Source of the DNA: Nemertoderma westbladi
Taxonomy: Eukaryota; Animalia; Xenacoelomorpha
Assembly (NCBI GenBank): GCA_032718475.1
Contig: JAUCBJ010005092.1
Coordinates: forward strand, 1-64,000
Length of the DNA: 64,000 nt
Reading direction: 5' to 3'
Under the pieces are notes generated by a model that was not told the DNA's origin, searched no databases, and was given only the letters and a program-made list of their open reading frames with translations. Both the position numbers and the translations under genes were made by a program. Positions 23,301 to 33,491 of this stretch are shown piece after piece. Every line of letters begins with the position of its first letter. Position 1 is the stretch's first letter.

Positions 23301-26300
23301 CTTTCTCTACCAACCCTCCCATATAGTAATCCTACATACCCTGTCCCGGTGTATCCTTTCTCTACCAACCCTCCCATAGTAATCCTACATACCCTGTCCC
23401 GGTGTATCCTTTCACTACCAACCCTCCCATAGTAATCCTACATACCCTGTCCCGGTGTATCCTTTCTCTACCAACCCTACCATATAGTAATCCTACATAC
23501 CCTGTCCCGGTGTATCCTTTCTCTACCAACCCTCCCATAGTAATCCTACATACCCTGTCCCGGTGTATCCTTTCTCTACCAACCCTCCCATAGTAATCCT
23601 ACATACCCTGTCCCGGTGTATCCTTTCTCTACCAACCCTCCCATAGTAATCTCACATACCCTATCCCGGTGTATCCTTTCTCTACCAACCCTCCCATAGT
23701 AATCCCACATACCCTATCCCGGTGTATCTTTCTCTACCAACCCTCCCATAGTAATCCTACATACCCTGTCCCGGTGTATCCTTTCTCTACCAACCCTCCC
23801 ATATAGTAATCCTACATACCCTGTCCCGGTGTATCCTTTCTCTACCAACCCTCCCATAGTAATCCTACATACCCTGTCCCGGTGTATCCTTTCTCTACCA
23901 ACCCTCCCATATAGTAATCCTACATACCCTGTCCCGGTGTATCCTTTCTCTACCAACCCTCCCATATAGTAATCCTACATACCCTGTCCCTGTGTATCCT
24001 TTCTCTACCAACCCTCCCATAGTAATCCTACATACCCTGTCCCGGTGTATCCTTTCTCTACCAACCCTCCCATAGTAATCCCACATACCCTATCCCGGTG
24101 TATCTTTCTCTACCAACCCTCCCATAGTAATCCTACATACCCTGTCCCGGTGTATCCTTTCTCTACCAACCCTCCCATATAGTAATCCTACATACCCTGT
24201 CCCGGTGTATCCTTTCTCTACCAACCCTCCCATAGTAATCCTACATACCCTGTCCCGGTGTATCCTTTCTCTACCAACCCTCCCATATAGTAATCCTACA
24301 TACCCTGTCCCTGTGTATCCTTTCTCTACCAACCCTCCCATAGTAATCCTACATACCCTGTCCCGGTGTATCCTTTCTCTACCAACCCTCCCATAGTAAT
24401 CCTACATACCCTGTCCCGGTGTATCCTTTCTCTACCAACCCTCCCATATAGTAATCCTACATACCCTGTCCCGGTGTATCCTTTCTCTACCAACCCTCCC
24501 ATATAGTAATCCTACATACCCTGTCCCTGTGTATCCTTTCTCTACCAACCCTCCCATAGTAATCCTACATACCCTGTCCCGGTGTATCCTTTCTCTACCA
24601 ACCCTCCCATAGTAATCCTACATACCCTGTCCCGGTGTATCCTTTCTCTACCAACCCTACCATATAGTAATCCTACATACCCTGTCCCGGTGTATCCTCT
24701 CTCTACCAACCCTCCCATAGTGATCCTACATACCCTGTCCCGGTGTACCCTTTCTCTACCAACCCTCCCATATAGTAATCCTACATACCCTGTCCCGGTG
24801 TATCCTTTCTCTACCAACCCTCCCATAGTAATCCTACATACCCTGTCCCGGTGTATCCTTTCTCTACCAACCCTCCCATATAGTAATCCTACATACCCTG
24901 TCCCGGTGTATCCTTTCTCTACCAACCCTCCCATATAGTAATCCTACATACCCTGTCCCGGTGTATCCTTTCTCTACCAACCCTCCCATAGTAATCCTAC
25001 ATACCCTGTCCCGGTGTACCCTTTCTCTACCAACCCTCCCATATAGTAATCCTACATACCCTGTCCCGGTGTATCCTTTCTCTACCAATCCTCCCATATA
25101 GTAATCCCACATACCCTATCCCGGTGTATCCTTTCTCTACCAACCCTCCCATAGTAATCCTACATACCCTGTCCCGGTGTATCCTTTCTTTACCAACCCT
25201 CCCATATAGTAATCCTACATACCCTGTCCCGGTGTATCCTTTCTCTACCAACCCTCCCATATAGTAATCCTACATACCCTGTCCCGGTGTATCCTTTCTC
25301 TACCAACCCTCCCATAGTAATCCTACATACCCTGTCCCGGTGTATCCTTTCTCTACCAACCCTCCCATATAGTAATCCTACATACCCTGTCCCGGTGTAT
25401 CCTTTCTCTACCAACCCTCCCATATAGTAATCCTACATACCCTGTCCCGGTGTATCCTTTCTCTACCAACCCTCCCATATAGTAATCCTACATACCCTGT
25501 CCCGGTGTATCCTTTCTCTACCAACCCTCCCATATAGTAATCCTACATACCCTGTCCCGGTGTATCCTTTCTCTACCAACCCTCCCATAGTAATCCTACA
25601 TACCCTGTCCCGGTGTACCCTTTCTCTACCAACCCTCCCATATAATAATCCTACATACCCTGTCCCGGTGTATCCTTTCTCTACCAACCCTCCCATATAG
25701 TAATCCTACATACCCTGTCCCGGTGTACCCTTTCTCTACCAACCCTCCCATATAGTAATCCTACATACCCTGTCTCGGTGTATCCTTTCTCTACCAACCC
25801 TCCCATAGTAATCCTACATACCCTGTCCCTGTGTATCCTTTCTCTACCAACCCTCCCATAGTAATCCTACATACCCTGTCCCGGTGTATCCTTTCTCTAC
25901 CAACCCTCCCATATAGTAATCCTACATACCCTGTCCCGGTGTATCCTTTCTCTACCAACCCTCCCATATAGTAATCCTACATACCCTGTCCCGGTGTATC
26001 CTTTCTCTACCAACCCTCCCATATAGTAATCCTACATACCCTGTCCCGGTGTATCCTTTCTCTACCAACCCTCACATATAGTAATCCTACATACCCTGTC
26101 CCGGTGTATCCTTTCTCTACCAACCCTCACATATAGTAATCCTACATACCCTGTCCCGGTGTATCCTTTCTCTACCAACCCTCCCATAGTAATCCTACAT
26201 ACCCTGTCCCGGTGTATCCTTTCTCTACCAACCCTCCCATAGTAATCCTACATACCCTGTCCCGGTGTATCCTTTCTCTACCAACCCTCCCATAGTAATC

Positions 26301-27415
26301 CTACATACCCTGTCCCGGTGTATCCTTTCTCTACCAACCCTCCCATAGTAATCCTACATACCCTGTCCCGGTGTATCCTTTCTCTACCAACCCTCCCATA
26401 GTAATCCTACATACCCTGTCCCGGTGTATCCTTTCTCTACCAACCCTCACATATAGTAATCCTACATACCCTGTCCCGGTGTATCCTTTCTCTACCAACC
26501 CTCACATATAGTAATCCTACATACCCTGTCCCGGTGTATCCTTTCTCTACCAACCCTCCCATAGTAATCCTACATACCCTGTCCCGGTGTATCCTTTCTC
26601 TACCAACCCTCCCATAGTAATCCTACATACCCTGTCCCGGTGTATCCTTTCTCTACCAACCCTCCCATATAGTAATCCTACATACCCTGTCCCGGTGTAT
26701 CCTTTCTCTACCAACCCTCACATATAGTAATCCTACATACCCTGTCCCGGTGTATCCTTTCTCTACCAACCCTCCCATAGTAATCCTACATACCCTGTCC
26801 CGGTGTATCCTTTCTCTACCAACCCTCCCATAGTAATCCTACATACCCTGTCCCGGTGTATCCTTTCTCTACCAACCCTCCCATAGTAATCCTACATACC
26901 CTGTCCCGGTGTATCCTTTCTCTACCAACCCTCCCATAGTAATCCTACATACCCTGTCCCGGTGTATCCTTTCTCTACCAACCCTCCCATATAGTAATCC
27001 TACATACCCTGTCCCGGTGTATCCTTTCTCTACCAACCCTCCCATAGTAATCCTACATACCCTGTCCCGGTGTATCCTTTCTCTACCAACCCTCACATAT
27101 AGTAATCCTACATACCCTGTCCCGGTGTATCCTTTCTCTACCAACCCTCCCATAGTAATCCTACATACCCTGTCCCGGTGTATCCTTTCTCTACCAACCC
27201 TCACATATAGTAATCCTACATACCCTGTCCCGGTGTATCCTTTCTCTACCAACCCTCCCATAGTAATCCTACATACCCTGTCCCGGTGTATCCTTTCTCT
27301 ACCAACCCTCCCATATAGTAATCCTCCATACCCTGTCCCGGTGTACCCTTTCTCTACCAACCCTCCCATAGTAATCCTACATACCCTGTCCCGGTGTACC
27401 CTTTCTCCACCCTCC
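17322..27415. repeat. Minisatellite C, 53/55-bp unit CTGTCCCGGTGTATCCTTTCTCTACCAACCCTCCCAT(AT)AGTAATCCTACATACC, about 188 copies
   Basis: Direct reading; +/-AT dimorphism of the unit. The right end merges into predicted exon 6. Confidence 0.98.
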
Positions 27416-27532
27416 GATCGGCTGGGGCTATCTGAGACCTCGGGTCGTCCTGTCTACCTCTCCGCGATTGAATATGTCCCACAGGATCCGGAATTCTTCT
27501 AGGTGAAGGGCTGATCGAGTGACCGCTAACCC
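27385..27532 (-). CDS. CCDC169: CCDC169-like gene, exon 6 (148 bp, phase 1-2); its 3' end and donor form the first unit of minisatellite C
   Basis: Acceptor tttatcgttcctctttag|GG. Reads VSGHSISPSPRRIPDPVGHIQSRRGRQDDPRSQIAPADRRVEKGYTGT. Donor GG|GTATGT at 27385/27384. Phases match exons 5 and 7. Confidence 0.6.
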
Positions 27533-27583
27533 CTAAAGAGGAACGATAAACACTGCGATCTAACTGTACAGAAATCCACTACA

Positions 27584-27778
27584 CCTGATTTTACGTTTAA
27601 TATTAATGAATTGTGTTTAATAGAGAATGTGAGTTCATTTCGTGACCATGGTGCAACAATTGTTTGATAGAAACCTATGATCATTACTTCTGTGGCCTAT
27701 AGATTAACGTCAGACAAAGACGCGTTGTTAACGCCCTATAAATGTTATGTAATACCAGTTCTAGAATACGCAAGTTGC
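27584..27778 (+). mobile_element. Old degraded CR1/L2-group LINE fragment in intron 5
   Basis: Broken translations IENVSSFRDHGATI..FDRNL and ALLTPYKCYVIPVLEYAS resemble the 'kDLGv..D..L' and 'lYk..VRP.LEYas' motifs C-terminal to CR1/L2 RT domains. Frameshifts and stops are present. Confidence 0.5.
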
Positions 27779-27962
27779 CATATATAATATATCTGTCATT
27801 ATAACTTTAATTTAATTTATATTTTTTAATAAATATAAACCCCTCAGTCACTTAAAAATAGCTACAATATAGTATGTTTGGTTGGTGTTACGAGAGATGA
27901 GGAGATATTTTTAATCTGTCCACATATAATGTAGGCCTAGAGTATGATTTACACGAACTAAC

Positions 27963-28110
27963 CGGGCATAACTCCCCCATTCCGAGATCTTTCAACGACG
28001 CCTGATCTGGGGGACCTGGCGCTAGGTAGACCAGGTAATGGTGACCTAGCGCTGGGCAACGGGCGCCAGTTTCTTTGCGGCATTAATGTGGTATGTTGTC
28101 GAGTCATCGC
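27963..28110 (-). CDS. CCDC169: CCDC169-like gene, exon 5 (148 bp, phase 0-1), Pro/Ser/Arg-rich
   Basis: Acceptor tgtgctgcag|GCG and donor G|GTTAGT. Reads AMTRQHTTLMPQRNWRPLPSARSPLPGLPSARSPRSGVVERSRNGGVMP. Confidence 0.62.
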
Positions 28111-28521
28111 CTGCAGCACAATGTTAGTTATTGATTTACGTGAATTACATTTACTTAAATTTAATTTATATTCAAAAAATTAAATTTTAAAATCTGTGGA
28201 TTGTTAATGTTTCCTATTAACATTAACCTTTCCGATTAAATCGTTTATAATATTATTTGAATACTTCCGAAGGGATGCCTCCGTTATATGTATATTATTA
28301 TGTAATTACACTTTGATTTAATTTCTATTTCATTATAATAGATTATATGGTAATTTGGCTTTTTTCAACAATTGAAAAATTATTTCCGAAAATTTGACAA
28401 ACTTTTAATTTCATTTATATATTATTATATTTTCAATATTGAACTTTGATATTCCAACATATTACAGCATTACATATACTGTTTGTAAACATTTACAATG
28501 TATTGGAATGTACAGCCTTAC

Positions 28522-28653
28522 AGTTCGTCTTCCAGTATCTGGGTCGATTCTCGTCTCCTCTCTCTCCCTCAACTTGCTCTCGTGTTCTGCGTGGTCCATG
28601 TCTTTTAGCTCGCGGTTGAAAATCTTACGACCCTCAGTCGCTACATGGTAGGC
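28522..28653 (-). CDS. CCDC169: CCDC169-like gene, exon 4 (132 bp, phase 0-0)
   Basis: Acceptor tttgcatcgcag|GCC and donor ACT|GTAAGG. Reads AYHVATEGRKIFNRELKDMDHAEHESKLREREETRIDPDTGRRT. Joined to exon 3 it gives LEQEEKAYH, similar to CCDC169 LEQESKAYQ (recalled). Confidence 0.8.
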
Positions 28654-28870
28654 CTGCGATGCAAACAGTTGATTACAAGAAGAAATAATGTAGAATCGGT
28701 CAACATCAACATACAGCAGGGGAAATAAATACCATTGATGGTGTTTCCGTAAAATATCAATGTTAAACACCAGCTGAATGTTGTAGGCCTATGTGGGTAA
28801 AGATGTTACAGACAGATAGACTAGAATGATCAGCTTCTTGTTATTATCTGTAATTTATAATAACACAAAC

Positions 28871-29010
28871 CTTTTCTTCTTGTTCCAATCTGTAATCTAT
28901 TTCTCTGTTTTGTTCCTCAATAATTCGAATTTCCCGCTCTCTCCTTTTAAACAGCTGATTCCATTTTTTTGCTTCTAAATCGTTATATTGGGGAAGAATT
29001 TGTTCATTAT
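28871..29010 (-). CDS. CCDC169: CCDC169-like gene, exon 3 (140 bp, phase 1-0)
   Basis: Acceptor gaattttcag|AT and donor AAG|GTTTGT. Reads NEQILPQYNDLEAKKWNQLFKRREREIRIIEEQNREIDYRLEQEEK (coiled-coil composition). Confidence 0.82.
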
Positions 29011-29201
29011 CTGAAAATTCATACGATAATTTTTTAGATCCAGAATTCGGAATCCAGACTTATAATTCACTTTTGCACTGGTAAGAATGGAACTGTAGAG
29101 CGCTGGTTCAACCCCCAGCGACATCCATTTCACATTTTTGTATATGTCTGAAAAAGTCATATTTACTACTATTACACTTTAATACAAATATAATTACTCA
29201 C

Positions 29202-29395
29202 TAATTATATTATTTTTAAGCTGATCTATTTTATCTTCAGTCCAAACAATATCTTTTTCCGTCGCAAAATTGATTTCTGCCTGATTCTCGAACCGAGTCT
29301 TCCACTCGTTACCTTCATCGTCAACTCTGTCTAGGTATTTCGCCATCTCAACTATCGTTTGTTCCAATTGGCCAATTGAATAGTCGAGCGCATCA
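29202..29395 (-). CDS. CCDC169: CCDC169-like gene, exon 2 (194 bp, phase 2-1), DUF4600 core
   Basis: Acceptor tttgtttccatag|T and donor A|GTGAGT. Reads DALDYSIGQLEQTIVEMAKYLDRVDDEGNEWKTRFENQAEINFATEKDIVWTEDKIDQLKNNII. EGNEWKTRFENQAEIN matches the CCDC169 signature EGSEWKTRYETQLELN (from memory, not a database search). Confidence 0.88.
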
Positions 29396-30448
29396 CTATG
29401 GAAACAAACCAGGTAGTCAGTCGTAGAAACACAAAGATGAAATATCGACAAAACGTCTAGTACCATTAGTAGCAATCTCTACGGCTCTCGCAGGGCCTCT
29501 ATAAGTTTAGTCTCAATGATTTAGTAATTAGGCCCACTTTCTCGCTTTATTTTCTGTTTTGATAGTTTTCAAAAAATCTATCCAAAGATTCAAATATACA
29601 AGCAGCTTTCTCATAACTTTTGTCAAACTCAAGTTATTACCCAAAACGTAAGAGATAGTCTGATTTTGACAAGCCTTCGAGCAGCACGATATTTTACAAT
29701 TGAAAAAGTCCCTTTTCATAAAAAAAGGCTCTTACGGTACAGATATGAATAAAATTGCTAAAAGGATGATTTATCATTATTAAATTTTTAGCAAGGATAA
29801 AAAATATCGTTGAATCGATGATGTTGAACAAAGAAAAATAATAGTATTATCTAAAATAGCGGGAAGGTTTGAATAATTGTTCCTTAAACTTCTATCTCAG
29901 AATGAAATTTTGTTTATGAAAAGGGCTGTTTCTCCGCAAATCTTTACTCTAAATTTGGTACACTTTTTGATTTGATACAATAGTCAATAAATTTCTGAAC
30001 AAATTTTTTAAAATTTTCGGGGGCCTTTTTTGATAAAAAGTCCAAAAGTAACCCTTTTATGGGGCTTTTTAGTTCTAAAATGGACCCAGATCAAAAATTA
30101 GATGCAGGGGTTTTCTAAAGTAAAGTTAAATTCTAAATTTCGTCAAAATTTAACGAATATTAGTAGAGAAATGTAATTTGGCGTAAAAAGTCCCTTTTGG
30201 CCATTGCAGTGCCATTTTGGGGCCAGTTTTAAAAATATTTGTTAAACAGTCAGACGATATTTTAATATGAATTTAAAGAATATAATTTAGTAGCACAAAT
30301 AATAATTTTACCTAATTTTAGGATTCAGAGACACAAAAATGTGAGGATCCATTTGGGGGCGCTAACACCCCCCGCTCCCCCCTTTAAATGAAATTGACAA
30401 ATAAGTCTCATAGATCGTCAAAAGATGAGCATTTCAATAAATCCTTAC

Positions 30449-30615
30449 CCCAGTTTGATTTCGTCTTTAATATCCTCGTCAGCTTTCTTGATCAATCTCT
30501 CCAGGGTTGATCCATCCATCTTCTTCATGTCTCTAGATGACGGATAATTTCTACTCATATAATCTTCGTCTGTAATATCGCCAGTATTACCAACTGTAAT
30601 CTCTGGAACCGGCAT
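30449..30615 (-). CDS. CCDC169: CCDC169-like gene, exon 1 (first coding exon, 167 bp, phase 2 end)
   Basis: ATG in ccaacaATG context. Reads MPVPEITVGNTGDITDEDYMSRNYPSSRDMKKMDGSTLERLIKKADEDIKDEIKL. Donor GG|GTAAGG, phase-compatible with exon 2. Confidence 0.8.
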
Positions 30616-30946
30616 TGTTGGGCAATAAAGTGATAATTATTTATTATAAGATATTTAATAATGATTGAATCAATAACATCAATAATAATAATATCAATCA
30701 ATAATAGAATCATTAATAAATTAACAACAATTTATTAATATACTGTACTGTATAGACAGTATAATACAGTAAGATAAGTATGATGGATACGGATTATTTA
30801 CGGGTACATTATCAGCGGTAGATTAGGTTATACCGGTATGTCTATTTGATTTCTGGAGGGGGTGTATTTTTGAATGACAGAATTCTGAAACCATATTCCT
30901 GAAGACAAAGGCAAACACGTGGAACTGTAAGTACCACTGACAATTA

Positions 30947-31084
30947 GGTCTGAGTTGGGGACTGTCTGAATTTAGTCTAGTTCGGTTAGACTTACTCTGA
31001 TGATGGCCCAAGAGGCATAAATATATTAGTTTAATTTAAAGAAGAAATGTGTTTTAGAATCGAGGGAAGTCCCCAACTCAGACC
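30947..31084. mobile_element. 138-bp PIF/Harbinger (Tourist-like) MITE
   Basis: Perfect 17-bp TIR GGTCTGAGTTGGGGACT (30947-30963 / 31068-31084), flanked by a TTA duplication (30944-30946, 31085-31087) typical of PIF/Harbinger. Confidence 0.7.
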
Positions 31085-31096
31085 TTATTATTGCGG

Positions 31097-31329
31097 CCAT
31101 ATGAAGAATACCAGGTTTTCACTATTCGGTCGAAATCCTACTGGAATTTTATGTATGAAAAATTTCTATTTTTCCAAATTTATCTTTATTATCGGTAAGT
31201 GTTTTATAGCGCTTATTTCTGTCTTATAACCCGTATAAGAGTATAGACACTTATTCGTTTATTGCTTTGGTTAGAATCAGCCCTTCTGAAACCTGTGGTT
31301 TTAGTGAAAACCTGGTATTCTTAACATGG
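31097..31329. mobile_element. Candidate ~230-bp MITE with long terminal inverted repeats
   Basis: Perfect 21-bp inverted repeat AAGAATACCAGGTTTTCACTA (31104-31124 / 31302-31322), extendable to 28 bp with 2 mismatches. No clear TSD. Confidence 0.55.
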
Positions 31330-31762
31330 TAAACTGCAAAGTGGAATATAACAGCAGAAAGTCTTGTACACTTCACATATGGGCCCCTTATTGTAATGTT
31401 GAGTTTAAATACCACTGATACTGTATGGTGGTGTATATATGTAGGTCTTTGCTAGAGGTGTTTACTAGGTAATTAATTACCCGACAACATTTACCGGTAA
31501 ACATTTATTACGCTATTGATATTCATAAAACTAAAAGTAGATATTATTACCCTCGTGTTTACCGCTAGGTAATACCTAAATTTACTGGGAGAGGGGTAGG
31601 GAGTTATTAATCATTTGCACATTATATATTTTCCCCTTAAATTATGTCATTTGGTTGAATTTTGCTACACTAAAGGAGCTCCAGAAACATGTGCAGTAAT
31701 GTGGGAGACGGTCTGCTGGAAAACTTTGTACAGGCAACACGTTCGTGGGGCCATCGCGCAGG

Positions 31763-31807
31763 ACGAGGCTCAGTTATGAGATAAAGATTAAAATTGAGCA
31801 ATTCTAT
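31763..31807. repeat. 45-bp target-site duplication of RTE copy 2 (second copy 32934-32978)
   Basis: ACGAGGCTCAGTTATGAGATAAAGATTAAAATTGAGCAATTCTAT is present identically on both sides. The last 3 nt (TAT) are also microhomologous to the element. Confidence 0.93.
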
Positions 31808-32933
31808 GTTCAGCATACTTTCATTATATGGGATTCCTGATGAAATTATTGCAGCAATCAGATCAGTATACGATGGTTCGACAACATTTGTGTCTACTGT
31901 TGACGGTGACACAGAACCATTTGAAGTGTTATGGGGCGTCCTCCAAGGAGACACACTTGCACCATTCTTGTTCATTATTGTGGTTGACTATGTTCTACGC
32001 ATGTCCTTAGATCATCATAATGATGATGGGGTGATGATAACTCCACCTACTGGCTCCAGAAGTCGAGGAAATCCTGCCAAGTACCTAACTGATCTAGACT
32101 TTGCTGATCACTTAGGAGTACTCTCAGAATCATTAGAGGGAGCCCAACGGCTCCTCAGCTCACTAGAACATGCTGCTTCTAGTGTTGGTCTTTTTATTAA
32201 CTCCAGAAAGACCAAAATTTTGACAGTTAACTTTGAAAGTCCTCAGCAAGTCTCTGATCGGATGAGCATAAGCTCAAAAGATGGTATGCTTGAGCATGTG
32301 GATGACTTCTGTTACTGGGATCATGGATCCGGAATAATACGTAAGGATACGATCGAATACGTAAGGGAAAGGCATGGGCAGCCTTAAATAGGCTTTCCAG
32401 GATTTGGAAGTCACCGAGAATTAATCGGAAACTTAAGGTCCGATTATTTAGAGCAGCAGTAGTTCCAGTACTCCTCTATGGGAGTCCATGCTGGGCTCTA
32501 ACTGCTGAGGACACCAAATCTCTGGATGGCACATTCACAAGAATGCTAGGCCGGGTTCATTGTGTCAAGTACAATGCACAAATCTCCAACCAGACACTAT
32601 ATAACATTGGAGGTGTCTCATTGGTTCCCCCAAGCTTGACACTAGAACAAAATCGCCTCCGCTTTGCAGGACATTGCTTTCGCCGTGAGGACCAGCCAGT
32701 GCATAATCTTGTACTTTGGCAGCCTCATGGAGTGAATAAGCATGGTGGACAGCCCATGACTTTCTTGAGACGCATCTTAAAGGACTCAGGCCTTAAAGAT
32801 GCGGATGATCTAGCAAATGTCATGGGTGATAGGGAGTTGTGGCGGTGCAATTTTGTTGACAAGCCGGCACAGCATTCTTAAAAATGCAGCTGCAATGCAG
32901 CATGCCGATCCTAGTAGTAGTAGTAGTAGTAGT
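31808..32933 (+). mobile_element. 5'-truncated RTE-clade LINE, copy 2 (inactivated RT fragment)
   Basis: Near-identical to copy 1 in the opposite orientation. FADD changed to FADH, 1-bp deletion near 32315, replaced segment at 32335-32352. Same 3' UTR, (TAG)7 tail at 32912-32932. Confidence 0.94.
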
Positions 32934-33312
32934 ACGAGGCTCAGTTATGAGATAAAGATTAAAATTGAGCAATTCTATCCCAAAATCGGTACTTAAGAAA
33001 TTTAAATAAATAAATAAGAAAATTAACCAAACCGCCAATAAGAATAAATCAAAGAAGAGAGGAAAGTTAATTACATTTAGATCAATTCAAAACAGAAGTT
33101 CTTATAAGAAAGTACCAGAAGGTCTTATACTCTAAAATAATTAATTTCCATTAAAAGACAGGCTTGAAAATGCCGTTTTTACCCCAACCAACTTAATTAA
33201 TTTTAATTTAATTAATCAAATCAAATCAAATAAAAAAAAATGGATTAATTTAATTAATAAACTGCTATTATCTTAGCTTCTCGAAGGCCACACGGAAATT
33301 CAACTTGGAAAA

Positions 33313-33491
33313 TTTCTAAACTTTTGCCAGACTATATATATGTACCAAGTTTGGATAGATTTCATTGATATTTGGCAGAGTTATTAACGTTTAAAATTGA
33401 ACACAAGAGCACAGAACGACAGAACGACAGACACACAGATTGAGTTAGTGGTACCTGTATGCTAAGCTCGCTTTCTTTCGTCGCTCGCCCC
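33313..33491 (+). mobile_element. HINE/Helentron-like (pearl/DINE-type) non-autonomous repeat fragment, copy 1
   Basis: Shares TTTCTAAACTTTTGCCRGACTA...GTACCAAGTTT...GACAGAC microsatellite...TATGCTAAG...TTCGTSGCTCGCCCC with an inverted copy at 34489-34647. Family assignment is inferred from this layout. Confidence 0.5.

Noticed and set aside
17451-27369. Many ORFs in array C on both strands
   Set aside because: Produced by alternating 53+55-bp units (108 bp, in frame). Only the first partial unit is plausibly exonic.
17322-27384. Recursive (AG|GT) splice sites in array C
   Set aside because: The unit reads CAG-G-GT rather than AG|GT, and the upstream sequence is purine-rich with no polypyrimidine tract.
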